Assembly: GCA_965644315.1 (NCBI GenBank)
Contig: CBFFRQ010000055.1
Coordinates: 186,001 to 250,000, forward strand
Direction: 5' to 3'
DNA length: 64,000 bases
From: Caecitellus pseudoparvulus
Lineage: Eukaryota; Protista; Bigyra: Bicosoecida
Both the position numbers and the translations under genes were made by a program. Below the pieces are notes generated by a model. It saw only the letters and a program-made list of their open reading frames with translations. It had not been told where the DNA came from and did not search any database. Of this stretch, positions 35,901 to 47,630 are shown in pieces. How positions within the stretch are numbered: the stretch's first letter is position 1; each line of letters opens with the position of its first letter.

Positions 35901-38232
35901 ATGCGCAGGTGCCTGCTGGCTGGTCTGCTCAGTGCAGTCGCTGTGCAGGTGTGCTGGGGACACTGCCCGAACTTCTGCAATGGCCATGGTCGTTGCATGG
36001 GCCCGAATGCTTGCAAGTGCTTCGATGCTTGGGAGGGCGGTGACTGCTCAATCCGTACGGTGCAGAAACTACGAAACGCTCCCCAGCAACGCAGGGCATC
36101 ATGGCTCCGTCCGCCTCCCTGCTCGTGTTCGCAGGCAAGTGCCCCATGGGGAACGCATGGGCAGACATTGCAGCGGAAGACGATAAGGCGCACCTACCGG
36201 CGGAGTGCAGCAACCGAGGAACGTGTGACCACAGCACAGGACTCTGCGCCTGCATGACAGGCTACGAGGGACTGGCTTGCGAGCGAAGTACGACCCGCTG
36301 GCACATTAGCACGCGATAGCCCCCACCAAACCAGGTATTTGTCGACCTCCTTGCAGTGACTTGTCCAGGTGATTGCAATGGACATGGGAGGTGTCGAAGC
36401 ATGCAGTTCCATGCCCTTCGCATGGAACCAGGCAGCCCAGCATTCGAGTACTCGGCTCCATGGGATGCAAAGCAAGTATACGGGTGTGAATGCGACGAGA
36501 CCTGGAGCGGATATGATTGCTCACGACGTAGGTGGCGGCGTGTGTCAGGGCAGCGGGCTCGTGTGTGGGTGCCGCCAATCAAACGCTACCACCTCATGCC
36601 GCAGGAGTGTGCCCCGTGGGTGACGATCCAATGACTCTGGGTCAGGAAGACGCGGTCCAACTCATTCGCTGCGACTTCCCAAACGATGCGACTCAGCGAC
36701 TCGTACTGGGATTCGCTGGATCATACACTCTGCCGCTACCCGGCTCTGCCAACGCCCTCGATGTGCAGCGCGCTCTGCACGCTCTCCCCACCATTGGTCA
36801 GGTATCTGTCACTTTTGACAGCCATGACGGGACGGCAGCATCACTATGCTCAGATTATGCAAGCATAAGCAACAACATCGTCAAGGTGACCTTCCTGTCA
36901 GAGTTTGGCAGCCTGCCTGACCTGGTGCTGCGCGATCCAGCCGGGCATCCATTGACAGGTGTCGCGGCAAGCAAACTGCATGTGGCCACGGGAGGCGACG
37001 GGCTGCTCCGCAGTGGTGATGGGGCGACACTGCTCTCAACCGAGGGAACCAAAGAGTCCATTGCGTGTTCAGGGCGGGGCACCTGCGAAGCGGAGACTGG
37101 GACATGCGTATGCTACACAGGTTTTGGTAGCAGCAATGGGCGCGGAGACGCTGGGCAGAGAGGCGACTGCGGCCACGACCGTGACCCAATTACCTCTTGC
37201 CCCGGAATCGGCATCGAGTGCAGCGGGCATGGCGTGTGTAGTGGCCACCCCGAGTATGCCTGTGCATGTGTCGATGGGTGGGCTGCGGGGGATTGTTCGC
37301 AGCGCCTTTGCCCAGCTGGTGCGGCGTGGTTCGACGCGCCTGTCGCTCCTAACAAGGCGCACAGCTTCGCCGAGTGCAGCGCGAAGGGGATCTGCAACCG
37401 TGTCACAGGCAAGTGTGAGTGCCAAGACATGTTTGAAGGGGAGGCGTGTGAGCGAATGACGTGCCCGGGAAAGCTGCACCCCGCAGGGGTGTGCGCCGGC
37501 CACGGCCGCTGCATGAAAATGTCAGAGCTCGCCATGTATGCAACAGACAATGGCGACGCAACCCCATTCTCTTACGGAGAAGATCGAAACAAGGCGGCTA
37601 CTTGGGATCACGATAAAGTTTTTGGGTGCCTCTGCGACGCTGGATGGCAAGGCTACGACTGCACTGAGCAGTCGTGCCCGCACGGAGACGATGTCACAAC
37701 AACGGGGCAGAGCGACGAAGTCCAGACCTTAACCTGCCGCTACATCGGCTCCCTCGGCAGCCCACCAACTTTTTCCTTGAAGTTCCGCCAGCATGTGACC
37801 AGTGCAATCGCTTTTTCGGCGACTGCAGGCGACATAGAGGCTGCCCTGGAAGCGTTGCCGTCCATAGAGGATGTGTCCGTGGTGTTCTCTGATTCAGCTG
37901 CGTGCACAACCAGTGGGAACACGATGACAGTGCTCTTTCACACGGAGAACGGGGACTTGCCCTCTATTCACGTGGTGGCCAATACCGGCTTCACCCTCGG
38001 GACGGATTTGGATTTCCCAGCTACGCTGCAGGCTTCAGAGGTTGTGCGCGGCACCACCGAGAACGAGGAGTGCTCAGGGCGGGGGCTTTGCCAGCATGAG
38101 ACAGGGCAGTGTGCATGCTTCCCGGGATTCGGGAGCTCTGATGGAAGTGGCGGCCCTGGAGGGCGAGGCGACTGTGGATACCGGGAGCCATACAATCCCG
38201 TGGACAGCCTGCGGCATCCGCATCATCAGTGA
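35901..38232 (+). CDS. Secreted tenascin-type EGF-repeat protein, mastigoneme (Ocm1/Sig1)-like family, 4 exons
   Basis: Signal peptide MRRCLLAGLLSAVAVQVCWG; CPNFCNGHGRC; CPMGNAWAD..AHLPAECSNRGTCD..TGLC; duplicated unit with WD..K.YGC.CD and CP.GDD. Confidence 0.8.
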
Positions 38233-38840
38233 GCTCGCTTGGCAAGCGCAGCTTGAGTGGCTGCAATGCCGGGCTCCCGAGCGAAATTCACATTCTCCCT
38301 TCGCAAAAAGAGGATGCTTGTCCTGGCAGTCCTGGTCCAGGGCGCGCTATGCCGATGGAGGCCTGGCACGGGCCGCCACGCAGTGTGTGTGTGGGTCAAC
38401 AGGGCGGCCTGCATTTGAGTGCCAAGGTTTTCCACAGCTACAAACTGCATGGCAGCACGCCGTGCGGAGCACCTCAGACACAAGTTTGAGAGTGTGTGGG
38501 CGGCGGCGGGGGGGGGGGGTGCTGGCGACGCACGTCGAGGGGGGTCGCCTGGGCAGGGAGCACCTTCTGGCCAGCACGCGCTGGCGCGCAAGCACATGCC
38601 CGCCATGCTCCCACCAAATCCGCTAGTCGGCAACTTTCCACACCCAACACAAGCAGTGCCACGATTTTCTCCCGATTCGGACTGGGTTCGCAGCTGAATC
38701 CGGGTTCCGTTGTCTCAGAGCTCCTGCAGGGTTCCGTGAAGTACAAGTGTGAACGTGTCAAGGTGGGGAACTAGTTGCAAGTTCCGCACTCTCCATTTGT
38801 TTGTAGAGCAGCGCCACCACCGTGACCAGCGCCTCCAAGC

Positions 38841-40190
38841 ATGCAAGCCTGCGGTGCCTCTTTCTGTGGGAGGTGCTTTGGGCCGAAAGCTGAGCAGGTG
38901 GTGCGGTCATGGAAGGCCTCTGACTTGCAGCTGTTTGCCATGGTGGTAGCCCTGGTCATCGCCAGGGCGGTTGATCAAGTCTTGTACTACCGAATCGCGA
39001 TCGGAATGGCAGGGTACACTTGGTACTTCTCAGCAGTCATCCTGCCGATTGGTTTACTTATGTTTCTCGCGCCTGTGACTGCGTACCGGGTGTGGGTCTC
39101 CAAGGACATCACCAAAGCGATGCTGGCGTTCCCTCAGCGCAAGGTGGCGGTGCTGGCAGCCCTGGACACTGCCTACAACATCCTTTCCTCACTGCCCATC
39201 AAAGCTGTGGGAGGAACGGTCGCCAACGTGATGAGCCAGGCCGTGCTCCCTGTAAACATGGCCCTGTCCGGCTTCGTCCTGAAGTACCGGTTCAAGGCCA
39301 CGCACTATATCGGTGCAGCGCTCGCAGTGTACGGCGTCTGTGTGCGCCTGATGCCCCAGTTCATGGGGCAGGACGGAGACAGTGGCAGTGCTCAAGGTGG
39401 GACTTTCGTTGTGTGGATGCTGGTGCTCGTCGCTGCGGCGCTGCCCAACGCAGGCAGCAATGTGGCCAAAGAGGTCGTGTTGAAAGGCATGGACATGGAC
39501 GAGTGGTACTTGAACTTCGTCGTGGGCGTGTGGCAGCTGGTATTTGGGGCTTTGACTGTCTGGACTGTGTGGATCCCGGGTACTGAAGACTACGTGCCAG
39601 TGTCTAAGTTCGGGTCGCACGTGGCAGATGCGAGTGCTTGTTTCCTCGGGACGCCCTCTCGCCCTGAAGATGATTGCGGCAGCATCAACGGAGGGGGCGC
39701 CCCCGTCTTCACGTTCATGGCCTTCATTTTCTTCAACGTTGCCTACAACATGCTCATGCTGGCGATTTTCAAGCGTGGCAGCAGCGTCCTGTTCGTCGTC
39801 GCGTCTGCGTGTCGCTTGCCCCTCGTCGACATCTTGCTCACATGGAAGCTCATCGCCGGAGCAGCCTTGGCTACCTTCACATTGTACGATGGATTTGCAC
39901 TCGTGGCTTTGATCATTGCCATCACGACATACAACCTGGTGCCTGAGAGCAAGCCGGAAGCGCTGGAGGAGCTTGTGGCCAAGGCTGACCTGCAGGCCGC
40001 CCGCCCTCCCAGCGCCGCAAAGTCCCAAGATGGTGATGGGGAGCAGCTGCTGGGCATTGCCTCAGACGTGGAACGTGTGTACGAGGGGTCACCCAGCGGC
40101 ATGTCACTGGCCCCCATGACAGGGCACCAGGGGTCAGACTACGGCGCACTGGGGGATGACAGGGGTCGCAGTCGCGGTGAGAGCGTTTGA
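38841..40190 (+). CDS. CRT-like (chloroquine resistance transporter family) transporter, intronless
   Basis: About 10 transmembrane segments; FPQRKVAVLAALD, QAVLPVNMALS..LKYRF...HYIGA, SNVAKE, the CFLG...DDC luminal loop and FIFFNVAYNML. Confidence 0.85.
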   Translation: MQACGASFCGRCFGPKAEQVVRSWKASDLQLFAMVVALVIARAVDQVLYYRIAIGMAGYTWYFSAVILPIGLLMFLAPVTAYRVWVSKDITKAMLAFPQRKVAVLAALDTAYNILSSLPIKAVGGTVANVMSQAVLPVNMALSGFVLKYRFKATHYIGAALAVYGVCVRLMPQFMGQDGDSGSAQGGTFVVWMLVLVAAALPNAGSNVAKEVVLKGMDMDEWYLNFVVGVWQLVFGALTVWTVWIPGTEDYVPVSKFGSHVADASACFLGTPSRPEDDCGSINGGGAPVFTFMAFIFFNVAYNMLMLAIFKRGSSVLFVVASACRLPLVDILLTWKLIAGAALATFTLYDGFALVALIIAITTYNLVPESKPEALEELVAKADLQAARPPSAAKSQDGDGEQLLGIASDVERVYEGSPSGMSLAPMTGHQGSDYGALGDDRGRSRGESV

Positions 40191-40265
40191 GTGCGCGTGC
40201 GTCTGCCGCCAAGAAATGAAAAATGAATTTTGCAGGCATAAAAATGGCGCTGGCACACACTGCGC

Positions 40266-42620
40266 CTACACAATGCAAGCTGCAGCTTCCATGAAGGGCG
40301 TGGGAGCCGGAGCAGTCTTGGGCTCAGCAGCCACGCGCACAAGCTCCTGCCCGAGGCTCTGCAGGTGGGACTCACCAGGTCGCAGGAGGGGGGCATCGGA
40401 GGGTGTGGAAGGCAGCCCGCCGCCCCGCTCAGGAATGCAGTGCGTGGCAGTCATGACCTTGTACTCCTGCAGCATGCCTGAGAAGAGGCGCTCCCAGTCG
40501 AAGACACGAGCTCGCTGCAGTGCCGAGTCTGCCATGCGCCTCCGCAACTGGGGTTCGGTCACCAGGCGCAAGAGCGGCGGCAGGAATGCCGCAGGGTCCC
40601 GGGCGTCGCACAGGAAGCCGTCCTGGCCCTCCCGCACGATGTCCAGCGTGCCGCCGGCGCCGGCCGCCACCACTGGCAGGCCTGACGCCATGGCCTCCAC
40701 ATTCACGCGCCCAAACGTCTCCGTGTCAGACGCAAAGAGGAAGATGTCTGCCGAGGCGTACGCCGTCGCCAGCTCCTCGCCGTACAGCGCCCCCGTGAAG
40801 GAGACGGTGTCGGGGCAGGCAGCGGCCAGGGAGGCGCGCTCGGGCCCATCCCCGACCACCACCAAGCGGGCAGGGGCACCAGCTTGCTGCAGGAGGGTCG
40901 CGATGCCCGCCAGAGTCGTCAGGTTCTTCTCCCGCACCAAGCGCCCGACAGTGACGATGAGCACCTCCCCCTCCTCCACGCCGCGGGCTGCACGCCAGGC
41001 TTCGCTGCGCCTTGTCGGTGAGAAGAGCTGCAAGTCTGCCCCGCGGCCCCACACGCCCAGCAGGGGCTGCTGGGCGGCAGCTGCCGCTTCCTCCAGCTCC
41101 GGCGCCACGTCTGCGCCCACGCAGATGCGGTCCGCCAGGATGTCATACCGATGGGCGGCGAGCCCCACATCGTGCTCCACCAGGCGGCGCACCATGGTGA
41201 CGGTGGGGGCGTACACGCGCGTGCAGGCAGAGTTGAACCAGCGCAGGCCCCACCAGACGGCAGGCTCCAGCAAGCCCGTGATGAAGCCGTGGTACTGCAT
41301 GTAGGCTGCGAAGTCTGTGTGGAAGGTGCCCACCCGCGCGATGCCCTCATCTCGCGCCCACTCCAGCACCGCCTTGCACAGGGAGCAGGGGGAGGCGGCA
41401 TGCACGACAGTGGGCCGGAAGGCTCGCAGGCTGTCAAAGGCCTCCTCCGGCACGGAGAACAGGGTGCGGTATTTGTATGTGGAGCAGGGGAAGATGCGCT
41501 GGCCGGGCAGGCGGACGATGTTGGAGCCCTTGACGCGGGAGCCGAACTCCCCCTCGTCCTCGTAGTCCACGGTGAGGACCAGGGTGGGCACGCCCCGCGC
41601 CTCCAGCCACTCCACCAAGTCGTTCAAGGTAAGGGTCACGCCGTCCACCACGCCGTCGTAGTTGGAGATGACGATGGCGACCCGCGGGATAACGCCGTCC
41701 ACTGGCCGCACGCTGCTGGCTGCAGCCGCCTCCGCAGCGGACCCTGGCGTGCCCAGCGCTTCCCCTGAGCTGTCGCTGTCCACCACGCCAGGCTCCTCTC
41801 TGCCGAGGCCGGTGGACGCAGGCAGCGGCAGGGAGGCGCTGCTGGGCATGCCAGCCTCCGGGTCGAATCGGCGCCGCAGCTCGGGGGTGGGCGGGTTGGC
41901 CATGTTCCAGCTCACCGTGTCCAGGAGCAGCGACCGCATGTACCTGGCCTGCTGGGGGTTGAGGAGGCTTGCATCTCGCGCCGCCTCAGAGCAGGCGCGC
42001 TGTCTCCGCCGCGCAGAAGCTGTCTCATCCGCGGGGGAAATGGGGGCTGAACATGATCGAGCCAAGGGCTTGCTTTCCAAGGTGGCACCTTTGGGCGTCG
42101 TGCGCGCCTGTGAATGGAGGGGGGTGAAGGTGCCTCAATTTCCGCAAACAAACCACGCGCCATGGGCCGCTGAACCATGCCCAGCCACGCTCCAGCAGCA
42201 CCGCCGTGGCAAAGCATAGGATGACAAACACACCCTGCCTGCACTGCTGTAGAGTTCGGCGGAGCGAAGCAGGCAGGCTTGCTGGTGCTTCTGACGCAAT
42301 CCAAGGGAGCTACCATCAGCTAGTCCACCACCCATCAGTGCAGCAGAAGGCCGCCGGTTGACGCGCCGTGGGGGCACTGAGGAAGCACATGGCACACTCA
42401 CAGCTGAACCCAGCACATCCAACTGCTCCACAAGCCCGGCAATCTGTGGCAGGAGGCAGGGCGGGAGCTTGCACAGGGCTCGACGCAGTCTGACGCAGAA
42501 ACGTCAGCCTCCATGCAGAAGGACTGGTAAGCGCGCAGCACTCACTGCCAGGCCACTTTGACCGCTGAGCAGGCTGGTTGCCCGGGGCCTAGGCGGGGTT
42601 GTCTCTTGCTCTTTGGACAT
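40266..42620 (-). CDS. GT4 glycosyltransferase (MgtA/SQD2-like); short putative 5' exons extend to ~42620
   Basis: RVAIVISNYDGVVDGVTLTL, TFHTDFAAY, WGRGADLQLFSP, VGRLVREKN, VVVGDGP and YASADIFLFASDTETFGRVNVEAMASGLPVV. Confidence 0.9.
42136..42145. promoter_or_regulatory. CAATTTCCGC motif in the 5' region or intron of the GT4 gene
   Basis: Exact 10-mer copy. Confidence 0.5.
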
Positions 42621-43142
42621 CGTTTAGGTACAGCGGGGCTAGCTCATGCGCAGCTCGGGGTAGCAGGCTCGCGTGGGTGATACGCTGGCTGCCAACTCAG
42701 TCCGCAGGCTACTGCTGAGCAGGTGGCTACTTTGGGGAGATCTTGGACACCCCGGCAAAATGATCACATGAAGTAGCATCGAACAGCGGAACGTTGTGTG
42801 TGCGTGTTTCATATTGTGGCAAGGACGGACGGTGCTTCGGAGCGCCTTCCGCGGCAAGTTCCGCTCGCTCCCGCTGCCAGCACAAGTGGCCACCTCTCAG
42901 CCACTGGGCAGGACGGCCACGCGGGGCCCGCCTTTCAGGCCTGGGGGCATGCATGACTTGACACGAGTGGTCGGGGACCCCATCCCCCGCTGGAACCTCT
43001 GCAGCACGCCTGCTTTTTACGGGGCGGCGGTTGCAGAGCGGCTTCTGACCAAACTCTCCGCAGGCATCAAAATTCCCCGCTTGCACACGTCAGTCGGTGA
43101 GGGTCCCCGCGCATGCGTCCAGCCCGGCATTCAACTCCAGCC

Positions 43143-43703
43143 ATGGATGCAATTGTAGCTCAGCAGCGAGCAGCAGATGCCGCACGCAGTGCGCGGCATG
43201 AGACTGCCGGTGCCTCTGGTGCAGAAGGCAGCGCGGCCACAGCTGCCCGGCGCGGCAGCAGCGTGGGCTGTGATGCTGAGGCAGGGGCCTTCCCTCATGA
43301 CGCGGCAGTGGCCTCCCCGGCCTCCGAAGATGAGGGCCCAGCGTCGTCGCTTGAGGCGCTGGTGCCTGTGGCCCAGCTCACTGCGAGCGCCAGCTGGGCC
43401 CTGAACGGAGCTGCCGAGTTCGGGAGCAGTCTGTTGTCCTCCGACGGCATCCGCAGCATTCAGAGTGCTGCTGCTGCGGGCGTGAAGAGTGCGGGGGAGG
43501 CAGTGTCCTCCGTGGCGGCTTCGGTCTCGTCTGGCCAGGCCATGACGAGCGTTTCAGCTGCGGCCAGCTCGGGGTATGACACTGTTGCCGCGTGGACTGC
43601 TGCGGGGGCAGCCGCCATTTCCTCAGCCATCCAGTCAGATGCTGCAGGGGAAGGCGATAGTGCTCCCCACACCACCCAGAGTGCGGGCTCGGGACTGCCG
43701 TGA
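43143..43703 (+). CDS. Small Ala/Ser-rich hypothetical protein
   Basis: ATG in gccATGG context, plausible ORF, convergent with ARL1; no recognisable domain. Confidence 0.45.
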   Translation: MDAIVAQQRAADAARSARHETAGASGAEGSAATAARRGSSVGCDAEAGAFPHDAAVASPASEDEGPASSLEALVPVAQLTASASWALNGAAEFGSSLLSSDGIRSIQSAAAAGVKSAGEAVSSVAASVSSGQAMTSVSAAASSGYDTVAAWTAAGAAAISSAIQSDAAGEGDSAPHTTQSAGSGLP

Positions 43704-43870
43704 GCACCGTGCATTCTTGTGGTTGTGCTGCGGCGGCGGTGAAACGCCAGGCGCATTGTGCGCTGCATGCCACGCGGCAGGGCCAGCGATAAGGGGAAAT
43801 CGCGGCGGAGCACGTGATAAAGTATGTCTCAGGGTCTGACCAAGGCAGGTGGTGGAGCCGGCAGCTCTCG

Positions 43871-44723
43871 TCAGGCTGGTGGAGCAGCAGCTGGCTGCGC
43901 CGCTGCCGCGGCCGCCGCAGGCACCGGGTTGGCCGCGCTTTCGCCCGTACCCCCCTTAATGCACTGAACAAGCCTGTGGGGAGAGCGCAGAGCTTGCCTG
44001 TGGGTGGTGGGCTGCGCCATACCTGCGCGCAAAGGGCCGGTCACTCACCAGTCGAAGCCATCAAACAGGCCCTTGCCCTGCGTTGCACAGGTTTCCTGGA
44101 TGTTCCACTGGCGGCTCTTCAGGGAGCTGAGGTCCATGGCCTGCGCGATGCCGGCGGCGTCCAGGGCGCCGGGCTGGTCCTGCTTGTTGGCCATGACCAG
44201 CAAGATGGCATCTTTCAAGTCCTCCTCCTCCAGCATGGCGTGCAGTTCTGCCTGGGCAGTGGACAGCCGGTCGGTGTCGGCGCTGTCCACGACAAAAATC
44301 ACTGCGTCGGTGTTGGGGTAGTAGCACCTCCAGTACGGCCGGATGCTGGTCTGGCCGCCCAGGTCCCACACCTGTGCCAGCGAGCGGCGGAGCGTGTGGG
44401 AGGCTGCTGTGCGCCACGCGGTGGCCAGCGCGCGCGCACCTGAAACTTGATGTTCTTGTACTGCAAGGTCTCCACATTGAACCCGATAGTCGGGACGGTG
44501 GTCACAGGCTCATCCACTTGCAAGCGGACTGCGCGGGGGGGCAGGTTCAGGAGACTTGCCTCCCCGCCCAATTCCGCGAAACGCTGCCAGCTCGCCGGCG
44601 CCCACGGCGACCCTACGCACACAGAATGGTGGTCTTGCCGGCATTGTCCAGGCCCAAAATGAGGATGCGGATTTCCTTGCTGCCGAAGAGCCCATCGAAG
44701 AGCTTGGTGAGGAACATGCCCAT
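43871..44723 (-). CDS. ARL1: ADP-ribosylation factor-like GTPase 1, 4 exons
   Basis: [52 protein letters not shown]|[25 protein letters not shown]. Confidence 0.95.
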
Positions 44724-45029
44724 GGCTGGCGCTGCAAGGTGTGGGAGGCTTGTTTGGCGCTGCCCTCAGCGGCGGCCAACTGCAGGGAGCAGGGCACCAC
44801 TCCCGCGAAGCCGTGTGGGAGACCCTGAGACAAGGAGTGTGTGTCCTCTGGCCTGATCTACCTGGTTATGGTGCGCGTGTTTTGTGTCGTGTTGCGGTTG
44901 TGTTGGGCGGCCCGTGTGTCTGCCACGTGCAGGCGTGGTAGCCTTGAGTGCCACAAAGACAGGCACCGCCTGCCAAGGAGCACACTGAACATGAAAGCGT
45001 GCAGACATGTATTGGGGGACAGGTGCCCT

Positions 45030-46496
45030 CTACAGCGCCACATCCCGAGTTGCGTCAGGGGGAAGCAAGCCGATGTGCTGCAACTCAGCTCGAACTGCCG
45101 CGTGCAGGGTCTGCAGAGTTCCTGGCACCAGGGGCACTGCGCTGGGGGGTGCAACACGCACACTGCTTGCACCTCTCGGGGCTGTGTGCATGAAGCGCCT
45201 GGCCAGAAGGCGCTGTGGAGGCGTCGGCAGCGGGAAGGGTGGAGCCACCAAGCGCAAGTTGGCGTTGTCCAGCAGCATGGCCAAGGCAGTCCGCCAGGTT
45301 TGACCCAGTGGGGTGGCAGCAGGAAGGACTTGCCCTAGTGCGGCCGCATCGGCCTGGCGCAGTAGCGCATCTGCTCGGGTCACAATAGACCAGGCATGTT
45401 GAAACGCCGCCACCACGCCATTGCGAGGAACGGCTTGCACCAGCGCCGAGGCGTGCCGAGCCGCATGGCGTGGGCCTTCTTCAGACAGCAGCACTCCTGC
45501 AATGTCTGTGATCAGTTCAGGGGGGTGGTGGGGTGATCTGTGCCAGGCCGCTTGTCGAATGGCGACTTCGTTCACCACCCGCAGAATCTGCACGTAGGCG
45601 TCCCGTGGCAAGCGCTGGCCTGGGCTGAGAGCAATGTACACATCAGTGGCATTCTGCATCGTACCCGATGCCTGCTCCGTCGCGAGTGTGGGCTGCCACG
45701 CGCACTGCCACCCGGGCAACGCAGCACGCGCCTGCTGCAGGTGCACTGACGGCGCCTGCCCGCCCACTGCGCGAAACACCAGCCCTTCCTGGGCAGCCAG
45801 GGAGACGTCCAATTCCTGCAGAGACGCAAGGGTGCTGGTGAGGCCTTCGCCCCCCCCCGCCTCGCCCATTTGCAGCAGGATGTGCAGGCGTGGTCTCCAA
45901 ATCAGCAGTGTCTCTGGCCCCAGCTTCTGCAGGGCGGCATGTTTCGGCTGCACGGGAGGGGGCGGGACAGCGGGTGTGAAACATGAGTTGGAGATGCGAG
46001 TGAGCTGTGCTGCCGCACGTTTGCTGCCAACATCACCTTGTGCAGCGCTGGCGGCGGCAGGGGCTGGCAGCGGCGCAGGGATGACTGGTTCGAGCTGCGA
46101 AGCCACAGTGACGCCCCCACGCAACTGCACACAGCGCAGGTGAGCATGATGGCACTTGAAACCCTCATGGTTTCCCTGGGCCCAAAGGTGTCCCCGCTTT
46201 GGGCGCGCATGCAAACTGTGCCAGGCGCTGTTTTGCTCTGAGCTTGGGTGACGTCACATGTGCCGAGGCTTTTGAGCTCCCAGTGGCGCAGGAGGTGTCT
46301 GACGGAAGAGGATGTAAGGGTCGATTCTGTGTTGTGTTTTAGTGGGAAAACCTGCTTGAAACCAGGCGTGGCTTGGGTTTTGCAGGTGGCGGCATATTGG
46401 AAAGGAGGGGTGGCGTGCTTGCGGAATTCGATGCGGAAATGGGGCTCTGCAAACTGCATAGCTGGGGCAAAAAGCACTGAAATGAGGAACCTTCAT
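45030..46496 (-). CDS. Hypothetical protein; probably spliced at the 5' end
   Basis: 394-aa ORF with globular-looking composition plus upstream ORF pieces; no family recognised. Confidence 0.45.
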
Positions 46497-46603
46497 GCCA
46501 CAGCACTGACAGCACGTGTCAAAAATCAGATGGCGCGGCTCGTGTGATTGCCCTTGCGTTCACAGAGAGGTGCTTGCGCAGGGTCGTGCTGCACAGCGAC
46601 AGC

Positions 46604-47623
46604 ATGGCTGCTCAAGGCGCCCAGCGCGTGGCAGTGCTCAGCAAGATAGCTAAGCTGCTCCCAGCACTGGAAGCAGAAGCCAAGGCTGCTGGTGTTCCCC
46701 TGACTTTCCTCCAGCTGCCCCACGACTGTGCAGATGCAGGGGCGTGGCCGGCCGACGCTGGCTCCTGCACGATGCTGGTGGCCGACCCCCCCCTCCTCCC
46801 AGCCGCCGTGCCGCTGCTGCCTGCGCTGCAGTGGGTCCAGTCCACCTTCGCAGGGGTGGATGGATACTTCAAAGCTCTGCCTGCGGGCGCAGCTGCCGAG
46901 GGCGCCCCTGCCCCGCCCACCTTCACCTTCACGCGCCTCACGGGCGGCTTCGGCCCTCAAATGGCCGAGTACGTGCTGGGGCACACCCTGGCCCTGACAC
47001 GGCAGCACACGGCCACTCGCCAAGCCCAGGCACAGTGCAAGTGGGACTCTGCATCCCTTGCAGTGTTCCCCGAGCTGTCTTCGCTCACGCTGGGCGTGTT
47101 GGGGGCCGGCACGATTGGCCGTGAAGTGCTGCGTGCGGCGCAAGCTGGATTCCGCATGCACACCGCTGCCTGGGTGCGCCAGCACAAGGCCGACTTGCCA
47201 GAGGCGGAGGAGCAGTTCACAGACTTGGCAGAGTTCCTGTCGCGCTGCGACGTGGTGGTGAACCTCCTGCCCTCGACGCCAGACACCGTTGGCGTGTTGG
47301 ACGGCGCCTGGCCTGACGTGCAGGGGCGGCCTGGCCCGCTCTTCATCAACGCCGGGCGGGGCGACGTCATGGCCGAGGCCCAGCTGGAGGCTGCATTGGA
47401 TTCCGGCCGCATCCGGCACGCCGTGCTGGACGTCTTCCCCGTGGAGCCGCTGCCGGCCGCCTCCCCCCTCTGGCGTCGTGGCGACGTGACCATCACCCCC
47501 CACGTCGCCGCCGTCAGCTTCCCCTCCACTGTGGCACAGGCCTTCACGAGGAACTACGTGGCCCAGCGAGACCAGGGCCTGCAATCCCTGCCAGGGCAGG
47601 TGGACTGGGCCAAGCGCTACTGA
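46604..47623 (+). CDS. D-isomer-specific 2-hydroxyacid dehydrogenase (GhrA-like), intronless
   Basis: QSTFAGVD, FGPQMAEYV, GVLGAGTIG, NLLPSTPDT, and the catalytic Arg/Glu/His in FINAGRG, LDVFPVEPLP and TPHVAA. Confidence 0.92.
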   Translation: MAAQGAQRVAVLSKIAKLLPALEAEAKAAGVPLTFLQLPHDCADAGAWPADAGSCTMLVADPPLLPAAVPLLPALQWVQSTFAGVDGYFKALPAGAAAEGAPAPPTFTFTRLTGGFGPQMAEYVLGHTLALTRQHTATRQAQAQCKWDSASLAVFPELSSLTLGVLGAGTIGREVLRAAQAGFRMHTAAWVRQHKADLPEAEEQFTDLAEFLSRCDVVVNLLPSTPDTVGVLDGAWPDVQGRPGPLFINAGRGDVMAEAQLEAALDSGRIRHAVLDVFPVEPLPAASPLWRRGDVTITPHVAAVSFPSTVAQAFTRNYVAQRDQGLQSLPGQVDWAKRY

Positions 47624-47630
47624 GCCTGCC

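Noticed and set aside
42080-42620. Separate small gene upstream of GT4
   Set aside because: Better explained as short 5' exons of the GT4 gene, with GTGAGT donors and CAG acceptors.
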